Below are positions 56,564 through 64,000 of a stretch of DNA of 64,000 nt, one piece after another. Positions within the stretch are counted from its first letter, which is position 1. The number at the start of each line of letters is the position of its first letter. A program made the translations under genes and the position numbers. Location of the stretch: positions 1-64,000 of the forward strand of contig JASFYO010000003.1 in the NCBI GenBank assembly GCA_045047305.1, read 5' to 3'. This stretch comes from Planctomycetota bacterium (GTDB lineage: Bacteria; Planctomycetota; UBA1135). The notes under the pieces are model-generated. The model saw only the letters and a list, made by a program, of their open reading frames with translations. It was not told the DNA's origin and did not search any database.

Positions 56564-58269
56564 GAAAATTGCTTGGTGAAATCCTCATCGCCTCCAAGGC
56601 GATTACCGAGGATCAATTGCGTGGTGCCTTGGCATTGCAAAACCAACGCACCGTGCTGATTGGCCAGGCGCTGATTGAGCAAGGCGCTACGGATGAGACC
56701 ACGGTGTTCCGCGCATTGGCGAAGCAGGCGGTGTTGCCTTTCGTGGATGTCTCCGAGCGCACTCCGCCTGAGCGCCTGACTAGCTTGCTGGATGGCAAAG
56801 CAGCCTGGGAGCTCGAAGCTTTGCCCGTGGCGGAGAAAGGCGAAAGGCTAGTGGTTGCGGTCGCGGATCCACAAAAGGCGGTGGTCGTCGACACGCTGAA
56901 CTTCCTCCTCGACCGCGAAGTGATGCTAGCCCTCACTACGCCAGAAGGCCTGAAATCAGCACTGACTCGGGTTTACGGCGAGTCTGAAATCGGTGCCGGT
57001 GCGGTGAAAGCGATACGGCTGGATGATTCCGGCGAAGAATCTCCTATTGTGCGTTTGGTGAATAAAATGTTCGAGGACGCGCTCACGCAGAGAGCCTCCG
57101 ACATTCACATCGAACCATTTTCGGATCGAACGCGCATCCGCTACCGTATTGATGGCAAGTTGAAAATCGCCGCTGAGCATCCGGTCGACGTCTTCGCCCC
57201 GTTGATTAGCCACCTTAAAGTGACTGGCGGTCTGGACATTGCGGAAAAACGTCGTCCACAAGACGGTCGCATCGAACACACTAGTCTCGGTCGTAAATTA
57301 GATGTCCGGGTCTCCATGTTGCCAACCAATAATGGCCAGACCTGTGTCATGCGTTTGCTCGACAGCGAGGCCAACCTGATTTCGTTGCCGGAGTTGGGGT
57401 TGAATCCAGAGTCGCATGATTGGTTCCGCAAACTTATTGAGCGTCCACACGGAATCTTTTTGGTGACCGGCCCTACGGGTTCTGGAAAGACCACCACCTT
57501 GTATGCCGCGCTACAAACGCTGAATCGCCCAGATAAGAAGATCCTCACGGTGGAGGACCCGGTGGAATATCGCATCCCGGGCATCAATCAAGTCCAGGTG
57601 CATCCGCATATCGGTTTGGATTTCTCACGAGTACTACGCGCTTTCTTGCGCCAGGCTCCGAACGTGGTGCTGGTTGGCGAAATTCGTGACCGCGAAACCG
57701 CAGAAGTTGCGATCCAAGCATCGCTTACTGGGCACATCGTGTTCAGCACGGTGCACACCAATGATGCACCCAGTGCAGTGACTCGTTTGCTCGACATGGG
57801 GGTGCCGCCATTTCTCATCGCCACCTCACTGCAGGGGGTGCTGGCGCAAAGGTTAATGCGCCGCCTCTGTACCGAGTGCTCCGAGCTAGAAGCATCCAGC
57901 CTGCTCGACCAACAAATCCTTGGGGTTGGCCCTGCGGATCAAGTGCAGCGTCCTCGGGGATGTCGTAAGTGTAATGGCACTGGATACCGCGGTCGGGTGG
58001 GTGCCTTCGGATGGATGGATATGAAGGAGGAATTGCGTGAAGCTCTTTTTCACGCAACGGACCCCAACGATTTCGTCCGCGCCGCAGGAAAATCAGAGCA
58101 TTGGACTCCGATTGCCATCGATGCGGTGGCGAAGGCAAAGGCTGGTCTAACTTCGGTGGAAGAGGTATTGCGCATCACCAAGGTCGCAGCTCAAGCCGAA
58201 GATGAAGAGGAAACAGCTGGTGCCTCCACTAGTTCCGTAAGTTCGAATCAGGAAACAAGTCATGAGTGA
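56560..58269 (+). CDS. pilB: PilB/GspE assembly ATPase (copy 1)
   Basis: N-terminal LGEIL motif, ASDIHIEP, PQDGR, GPTGSGKTT, VGEIRD, CxxC..CxxC. Confidence 0.9.
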   Translation: MRKLLGEILIASKAITEDQLRGALALQNQRTVLIGQALIEQGATDETTVFRALAKQAVLPFVDVSERTPPERLTSLLDGKAAWELEALPVAEKGERLVVAVADPQKAVVVDTLNFLLDREVMLALTTPEGLKSALTRVYGESEIGAGAVKAIRLDDSGEESPIVRLVNKMFEDALTQRASDIHIEPFSDRTRIRYRIDGKLKIAAEHPVDVFAPLISHLKVTGGLDIAEKRRPQDGRIEHTSLGRKLDVRVSMLPTNNGQTCVMRLLDSEANLISLPELGLNPESHDWFRKLIERPHGIFLVTGPTGSGKTTTLYAALQTLNRPDKKILTVEDPVEYRIPGINQVQVHPHIGLDFSRVLRAFLRQAPNVVLVGEIRDRETAEVAIQASLTGHIVFSTVHTNDAPSAVTRLLDMGVPPFLIATSLQGVLAQRLMRRLCTECSELEASSLLDQQILGVGPADQVQRPRGCRKCNGTGYRGRVGAFGWMDMKEELREALFHATDPNDFVRAAGKSEHWTPIAIDAVAKAKAGLTSVEEVLRITKVAAQAEDEEETAGASTSSVSSNQETSHE

Positions 58270-59341
58270 AGTCTTAATCCATAGCCAGCTAGATGAGTGG
58301 CTTCAGTCCGTCGCAACCGTGGAGGCATCTGACCTTCACATTGGTGCCCGACGTCGTCCGATGATGCGTGTCTCTGGAACTTTGGAGCCGCTGTCAGAAA
58401 TGATCTTGACTACGGAAATGACCGAGGAAATTTGTCTCGGTACAGTCCCGGTGAAGAAGCGCCAAGAGGCGTTAGACACTGGATCCTGTGACTTCAGTTT
58501 TGAACATGGAGCAGACCGCTATCGTGCTAACGTTTTTCGTCAGCGTGAATCATGGGCCATGGTTTGTCGGCGCTTGCCATCGGATCGTCTGACTTTCGAC
58601 CAAATCGGAGCACCACCGGTCTTACGTGCCTTGGCACATCTGCCGCGCGGATTGATTTTGATTACGGGGCCAACGGGTTCGGGCAAAACCACCACGCTCG
58701 CCGCGCTGATTCACGAGATCAACGCCGCGCGTTCCGAACATATCATTACCTTGGAGGACCCGATTGAATTCCTCCACGATTCGATGAAGTCGGTGGTGAA
58801 CCAACGTGAAATCGGCGAAGACACGACTTCCTTTTCAGAAGCGCTGCGCCGGGTTTTGCGCCAAGACCCCGACGTCATCATGTTGGGCGAGATGCGTGAC
58901 CTAGAGACTACGGCGGCTGCGATTACGGCTGCAGAGACCGGGCACTTAGTGTTTGGAACTTTGCACACCACGGGTGCTGCGCGCACGGTGGACCGTATCA
59001 TTGACCAGTATCCAAAGGAATCGCAGGAGCAAGTGCGTGCACAGCTTTCGGTTTCATTGCAAGCGGTGGTCTCACAAGTTTTGGTGAAACGCGCCGATGG
59101 CAACGGCCGCATCAGTGTGTTTGAGATTATGGTGCGTAACTCTGCGATTGAAAACCACATTCGAAAGGGCGAAACTTTCAAGATCCCATCGGTCATGCAA
59201 ACCCAACGTCGGATTGGAATGCAATTGTTAGATGACCACCTGTTCGAGTTGGTCAATGCCGGCACCATCACCAGAGAAACGGCGATGATGTATGCACAGC
59301 TGCCCAATGATTTGAATCAACGCCTCTCGATGGGCGGTTAA
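58262..59341 (+). CDS. pilT: Type IV pilus retraction ATPase
   Basis: ASDLH, RYRANVF, GPTGSGKTT, EDPIE, QREIG.D, GEMRD, TLHT, AIENHIR. Confidence 0.92.
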   Translation: MSEVLIHSQLDEWLQSVATVEASDLHIGARRRPMMRVSGTLEPLSEMILTTEMTEEICLGTVPVKKRQEALDTGSCDFSFEHGADRYRANVFRQRESWAMVCRRLPSDRLTFDQIGAPPVLRALAHLPRGLILITGPTGSGKTTTLAALIHEINAARSEHIITLEDPIEFLHDSMKSVVNQREIGEDTTSFSEALRRVLRQDPDVIMLGEMRDLETTAAAITAAETGHLVFGTLHTTGAARTVDRIIDQYPKESQEQVRAQLSVSLQAVVSQVLVKRADGNGRISVFEIMVRNSAIENHIRKGETFKIPSVMQTQRRIGMQLLDDHLFELVNAGTITRETAMMYAQLPNDLNQRLSMGG

Positions 59342-59347
59342 ATCAGC

Positions 59348-60976
59348 ATGTCAGAGACACATCAACTGCTTGGCAAAATCCTAGTGGACCTCGGCGTCCT
59401 TGGGATGGGGCAAGTGCAAGCGGCGCTGGCAGAACAGCGGCGCATGGGCGGACGTATTGGTGAGATTCTTTTAGCCAAAGAAGCCATTACCGACGAAGAC
59501 CTTTCGCGCGCACTTGCCATTCAACAAGGGTTGGAGTGGGTGCCGGCGGCGGATTTACGCCCGGAGGAAGATGCTGTTTCCTTGCTCGACGGGGGCACAG
59601 CACGGGCTTTTGGCGCATTGCCCCTGAGTCAGGCGAATGGAGTCTTGCGCGTTGCGATTGCCGATCCGGACACTCTGCCACTGTTGAGTGACTTGGAGAG
59701 CATTAGCGGATGCCGCATTGAGGTCGTTTTGGCCGCACCTGAAGCGCTCGCCGAGGCGGTAGAGAATGCATACCGTGCCGTTACAGAAGCAAAGGCTGCC
59801 GCGGAAGTAGAAGCTAGCGAAGCAGCGCCGATTGTGCGCTTATTGGAGTCCATCCTCACCCGCGCCGTGCGTGACCGCGCCGCCGACATCCACTTTGAGC
59901 CTTATCAAAACGGTTTTCGTATTCGGATGCGTTCCGACGGAGTGCTCTATGAAATTGATCCACCGCCGGCTCACTTAGCTGTGGCCATTGTGTCGCGGAT
60001 TAAGGTGCTTGCCAACCTCGACATCTCGGAGACGCGGATGCCGCAAGATGGTCGCATTGATTTGGTGTTGGATAACCACCGCATTGATTTTCGTGTTTCG
60101 ACGGTGCCGACCCAAGGTGGAGAGAGTGTAGTTTTACGCTTGCTTGACCGCCGCAATTTGCAGTTAGACCTTGGCGCACTCGGTTTGGCACCCGAGGAAG
60201 ATAAGCAGCTGCGCGAGTTTATTGCTATGCCTCACGGCATCGTTTTGGTGACCGGACCAACCGGGTCTGGAAAAACTACTACTCTGTACTCTTTACTTTC
60301 GCAAGTGAATGATCCAGAGACCAAGGTTCTCACGGTGGAGGATCCCGTGGAATATGATTTGGATGGCATCATTCAGGTTCCGGTAAACGATGAAATCGGA
60401 GTCAACTACTCGCGGATTTTGCGCACCATGCTGCGGCAGGATCCGGACATCATCATGATCGGTGAAATCCGCGATCCAGAGACGGCTCAAATCGCCGTCG
60501 AGGCAGCACTCACTGGGCACTTGGTGTTGAGCACTTTACACACTAACGATGCTCCTTCCACCGTGACTCGCATGGTGGATCTCGGAGTCGAGCCCTTTCT
60601 GCTTGCTGCCACCATGGAGGGCATCGTCGCCCAACGTCTGGTGCGCTGCGTGTGCCAAAAGTGCACCGAATCCTACATCCCAGACGAGGAGCTTTGCCAG
60701 CGGGTCGGTATCGCGCATGGAGATCAGTTCCAACGTGGCTCCGGTTGCGCGGACTGTCACTTCACCGGTTACTCTGGGCGTACTGCCATCTATGAAGTAC
60801 TACCTCTGGATGCCGATATGAAGGAGGAATTCCTCAAGAACCCGACCACCTTGGTCTTGCGTGAAGAGGCCCGTAAGCGGAAGATGCGGACCTTGCGTGA
60901 ACGTGGTATCGCTCTCGCCCGTGAGGGGAAGACCACGCTCGAGGAAGTTCTCCACGGCACGCAGGGAGAAGACTAG
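59348..60976 (+). CDS. pilB: PilB/GspE assembly ATPase (copy 2)
   Basis: LGKILV / RIGEILL N-terminal motifs, ADIHFEP, GPTGSGKTT, IGEIRD, CQKC..CADC. Confidence 0.9.
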   Translation: MSETHQLLGKILVDLGVLGMGQVQAALAEQRRMGGRIGEILLAKEAITDEDLSRALAIQQGLEWVPAADLRPEEDAVSLLDGGTARAFGALPLSQANGVLRVAIADPDTLPLLSDLESISGCRIEVVLAAPEALAEAVENAYRAVTEAKAAAEVEASEAAPIVRLLESILTRAVRDRAADIHFEPYQNGFRIRMRSDGVLYEIDPPPAHLAVAIVSRIKVLANLDISETRMPQDGRIDLVLDNHRIDFRVSTVPTQGGESVVLRLLDRRNLQLDLGALGLAPEEDKQLREFIAMPHGIVLVTGPTGSGKTTTLYSLLSQVNDPETKVLTVEDPVEYDLDGIIQVPVNDEIGVNYSRILRTMLRQDPDIIMIGEIRDPETAQIAVEAALTGHLVLSTLHTNDAPSTVTRMVDLGVEPFLLAATMEGIVAQRLVRCVCQKCTESYIPDEELCQRVGIAHGDQFQRGSGCADCHFTGYSGRTAIYEVLPLDADMKEEFLKNPTTLVLREEARKRKMRTLRERGIALAREGKTTLEEVLHGTQGED

Positions 60977-60982
60977 AACCCG

Positions 60983-62128
60983 ATGGCCCGAATCCAGCGC
61001 AAGGTACCCGCAGCATCCCGCCCCAAAGGTGGGGGCTCTCAGGCCGATGGCCCCGCCAACGACAGCACCGTATTGGTCAAGCGCAAGGTGCCGCTCAAGC
61101 ACATTGTGCAGTTCACCCGCATGTTGGCCACCATGACCGAGGCCGGTCTACCGATTCTGCGTAACTTGCGGATTCTGGCCGAACAATGGCCTGAGGGACG
61201 GTTCAAGGATTCGATATTGGATGCTGGCGATTTGGTGGAAGAGGGGCAGCCTCTTTCCGATGCGCTCGCACAGTCGCCGGAAGTTTTTGATGAGCTTTAC
61301 GTCAACATGGCCCGCGCTGGTGAAGCCGGTGGTGTGTTGGATAAGGTGTTTGATCGTCTGGCCAATTTTTTGGAACGTGCCCAGGCTGTACGTGATAAGA
61401 CCAAATCGGCACTCACTTATCCGATTGTGATTTTCGTGGTCGCGATTTCCGTGGTGTCAGCCTTGATGCTATTCGTGATTCCAAAGTTCGCAGAGCTTTA
61501 CGTGGACATGGATATGGAGCTACCGAAGCTCACCCAGTTCATGATTAACCTGAGTGAGTTCTTGCAGACTTACTGGTACGTCCTAGCCTTGCCGGTCCTG
61601 ATGTGGTTTGGACACATGCTGATGTACCGCCGCGCCTACGGATATCGACGCAGCTGCCACGCAATCGCTTTGCGCATGCCAGTCATCGGTCCTTTGGCGG
61701 AGAAGAGTCAGGTTTCGCGTTTCGCAACCACCTTTGGCACTTTGATTGCCAGTGGCGTGCCGCACCTCGAAGCATTCGATATCACCCGTGGTGCTCTGAC
61801 CAATGAGGTCTACCGCGAGTCCATCGATGACATTCAAGAAGAAGTGCGTGAGGGTGAAGCGATTGCAAGTTCTTTGGCTTCCTCAGGACGTTTTGATGAT
61901 CTTGTCGTCGCCATGGTGGAAGTCGGTGAAGAAACCGGTGAGTTGGATCGCATGTGCATGCGCATTGGAGATAGTTACGAAGAGCAGTACACGCGTGCGC
62001 TCGACAACATGTTGAAGCTCATTGAGCCGATCATGTTGATCGTTTTAGCTGGTCTAGTTGGCTCCATCGCACTGGCGCTCTTTTTGCCACTGTTCAAGCT
62101 GCTGGAGGAATTCGGCGCCCAGGCATGA
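60983..62128 (+). CDS. pilC: PilC/GspF inner-membrane platform protein
   Basis: FTRMLATM..AGLP, AGEAGG.LD, YP, VGEETGEL, IEP, LPLF. Confidence 0.93.
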   Translation: MARIQRKVPAASRPKGGGSQADGPANDSTVLVKRKVPLKHIVQFTRMLATMTEAGLPILRNLRILAEQWPEGRFKDSILDAGDLVEEGQPLSDALAQSPEVFDELYVNMARAGEAGGVLDKVFDRLANFLERAQAVRDKTKSALTYPIVIFVVAISVVSALMLFVIPKFAELYVDMDMELPKLTQFMINLSEFLQTYWYVLALPVLMWFGHMLMYRRAYGYRRSCHAIALRMPVIGPLAEKSQVSRFATTFGTLIASGVPHLEAFDITRGALTNEVYRESIDDIQEEVREGEAIASSLASSGRFDDLVVAMVEVGEETGELDRMCMRIGDSYEEQYTRALDNMLKLIEPIMLIVLAGLVGSIALALFLPLFKLLEEFGAQA

Positions 62129-63645
62129 GCCTGCGCCTGCGGCTGGTTCTCGGCCTTGTGCTGGTCAACGCGATGGTGTTGGGTAGCTTGGCCTGGTGGG
62201 TTGCAGGTCGCGAAACAGAACGGCAGGGCCAAGAGGAAGCGCGGCTCCACAGCCTCGGTGACCGCTTGTCGCAACTTGCGATTCCGCGATTTCGGCCATC
62301 CGAAATCGGCGATTTGGCGAAAATGCTCGACTGGCCATTATGGACTCAGTTTGAAGATGCCATCATCATTGATACGCGCGTGCTTGACCTAGGTGGTGAA
62401 AAAGTGCCGATTGGCACCTTTCTCAATCCGCGTGGCCGACGTCATCGTAAGGCTGATTTCCCATTAGCTGAAATCACCAATGCGGTGGTCGCGGCAACCG
62501 AGCAGAATCGCCCGATTCCTGTGGCTGATGGCATGGCTATCCCACTCTCAGCGTATCAACCATTTGCGCAAGTCCAGCGTCCTTGGGGCGGTCTATATGT
62601 GGATTTGCGTTTGCGTGGTGGCGGCGAAAGTTTGATTAGTAAGGTTTTGTTCGCAGCTATCGCCAGCACTTTGGCTGCCGGATTTTTGATGGTTTGGATG
62701 TTAAGCCGCGCGGTTTTACGCCCGGTAGAACGACTCGCTAAAGCAACCCAGAGTTTTGATGGCGGCGGCAACGGGAGTCCTTTGGAATTGCCGCATGAAG
62801 GCGCAGCGGAAGTGGTGCACCTCAGTCGTTCCTTTGGCGCCATGATGGAGCGCATCCGTGGATTCCAAGATGAATTGGAGTCAGAAGTGGCAACCGCAAC
62901 GGAACGCGCCGTGGCTGCGGACCGTTTGGTTGCACATCGCGAGCGTATGGCTGCCATGGGGACACTCGCAGCTGGTGTAGCGCATGAAATCAATAGTCCT
63001 TTGGCGGGGGCCTTGTTCGGCCTCGAAGTTTTGCGTCGCGATGCCAAAGGCCCGGAGGCTGAGCAGTATGGCGAGTTGATGCAGGAAGCATTGGAGAGGA
63101 TCCAAGATTTGGTGCAGCGTTTGTTGCAGTTATCACCAGGCAAAGCAGAAGCCTCGCAGTGTAATGTTGTTTCTCTAGTTGAAGATTTACGCATTTTCCT
63201 CGCCAGCCGGGTCGATGGCATCCAATTCGAAGTGGATTTTGAAAAGGAAGAGTTCCTGGTGCCAGCTGCGCGTGGCGATCTCTTCCCATTATTGTTGAAC
63301 CTGTTGCAGAACGCCTTTGATGCTCTTGATTTACCGCATGCGAAAAAGCTGGGCGTCATCCAAGTGAAGGGGCGGCAATTGGCAGATGGCTCCGCGCGCC
63401 TGACTCTCAGCGATAACGGCCCAGGTGCTCCGGAAGACATTTTGCCGCACCTTTTTGAGCCATTCTTTACCTCCAAAGAAGTTGGACGGGGCACCGGTCT
63501 TGGGCTTGCTTTAGCCCATGCCGCCATGCGCCGTTTGGGTGGCAGCATTGCGGCACGCAATCTACCGGAGGCCGGATTCGAAGTGGTACTTGAGTTCCCA
63601 TCCGCTGAGCAAGATTCGAAATCGGTAGAATCGGCACACGCATGA
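62125..63645 (+). CDS. HAMP-containing sensor histidine kinase
   Basis: Two TM helices, HAMP, AGVAHEINSP, NLLQNA, DNGPG, FEPFFTSK, GTGLGL. Confidence 0.92.
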   Translation: MSLRLRLVLGLVLVNAMVLGSLAWWVAGRETERQGQEEARLHSLGDRLSQLAIPRFRPSEIGDLAKMLDWPLWTQFEDAIIIDTRVLDLGGEKVPIGTFLNPRGRRHRKADFPLAEITNAVVAATEQNRPIPVADGMAIPLSAYQPFAQVQRPWGGLYVDLRLRGGGESLISKVLFAAIASTLAAGFLMVWMLSRAVLRPVERLAKATQSFDGGGNGSPLELPHEGAAEVVHLSRSFGAMMERIRGFQDELESEVATATERAVAADRLVAHRERMAAMGTLAAGVAHEINSPLAGALFGLEVLRRDAKGPEAEQYGELMQEALERIQDLVQRLLQLSPGKAEASQCNVVSLVEDLRIFLASRVDGIQFEVDFEKEEFLVPAARGDLFPLLLNLLQNAFDALDLPHAKKLGVIQVKGRQLADGSARLTLSDNGPGAPEDILPHLFEPFFTSKEVGRGTGLGLALAHAAMRRLGGSIAARNLPEAGFEVVLEFPSAEQDSKSVESAHA

Positions 63646-64000
63646 GCTCTTCTTTACTCGGCATGCTTGGGTTGTTGTTGACCTCGGCTTGCTTCTCTGG
63701 CGCGGAAGCTTCCCTGTTTACCTTAGCGGCGGAAGGCGGTCGGAATCGTAAAGTGCCACGTGTCGCCAAACGCTTACTGGAAGATCAGGTCGGCGTGCTC
63801 ACCACCATCTTGTTGGTGAACTTGGTGGTCAACTTAGGCTTTTTCGCCGCAACGCATCATTGGGCGGAGCCATTTGCTACCACCCAAGCCACCTTGATTG
63901 AAGTTGGTGCGGTGTTGGCCATTGTTTTATTCGGCGAGATTCTGCCCAAAGTATTAGCGCATCGTTTCCCAAATTTTAGCGGACAGATCTTGCTGGTCCC
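63642..64000 (+). CDS. CNNM/DUF21 (hemolysin-CBS family) membrane protein, truncated by window end
   Basis: Manual translation: SACFSGAEASLF...TTILLVNLVVN...LFGEILPK. Confidence 0.85.
   Translation, partial: MSSSLLGMLGLLLTSACFSGAEASLFTLAAEGGRNRKVPRVAKRLLEDQVGVLTTILLVNLVVNLGFFAATHHWAEPFATTQATLIEVGAVLAIVLFGEILPKVLAHRFPNFSGQILLV

Noticed and set aside
62556..63560. 334-aa minus-strand ORF
   Set aside because: Antisense shadow of the histidine kinase with no recognisable motifs.
1..64000. tRNA, rRNA, IS, prophage or defence genes
   Set aside because: No recognisable signatures by eye and intergenic gaps are very short; a covariance-model scan would be needed to exclude small ncRNAs.

Overview
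64 kb of gene-dense bacterial chromosome from an LPS-producing organism, probably an uncultured planctomycete (inferred from the RpoZ form, secretin-like motifs and many lipoprotein/FG-GAP genes). I saw no tRNA, rRNA, CRISPR or mobile element. Housekeeping loci are trmD-rplS-secDF, ribE, rpoZ, lpxK-lpxL-hldE, rplM-rpsI, yebC, an RlmI-like methyltransferase and a HelY-like helicase. Envelope and signalling loci are two AlgE-type barrels, an ABC/PDZ/FG-GAP operon, a tricorn protease, NfeD-SPFH, a histidine kinase with a diguanylate cyclase, and a DUF1573x3-pilB-pilT-pilB-pilC operon. The standout is a tightly coupled 9-gene tryptophan operon (35033-43312). It joins kynA and kynB to the 2-aminophenol meta-cleavage enzymes (amnB/A/C/D) but has no kynureninase, kynurenine 3-monooxygenase, 3-HAO or ACMSD. 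In their place are a luciferase-like monooxygenase and a remodelled class-3 asparaginase. I infer a new route: Baeyer-Villiger oxidation of kynurenine, then hydrolysis to L-aspartate + 2-aminophenol. Also notable are a TlpA-like selenoprotein (UxxC plus a SECIS-like hairpin) that the ORF track splits in two, and repeated TAnnnT boxes 6-9 nt before start codons that suggest leaderless mRNAs.
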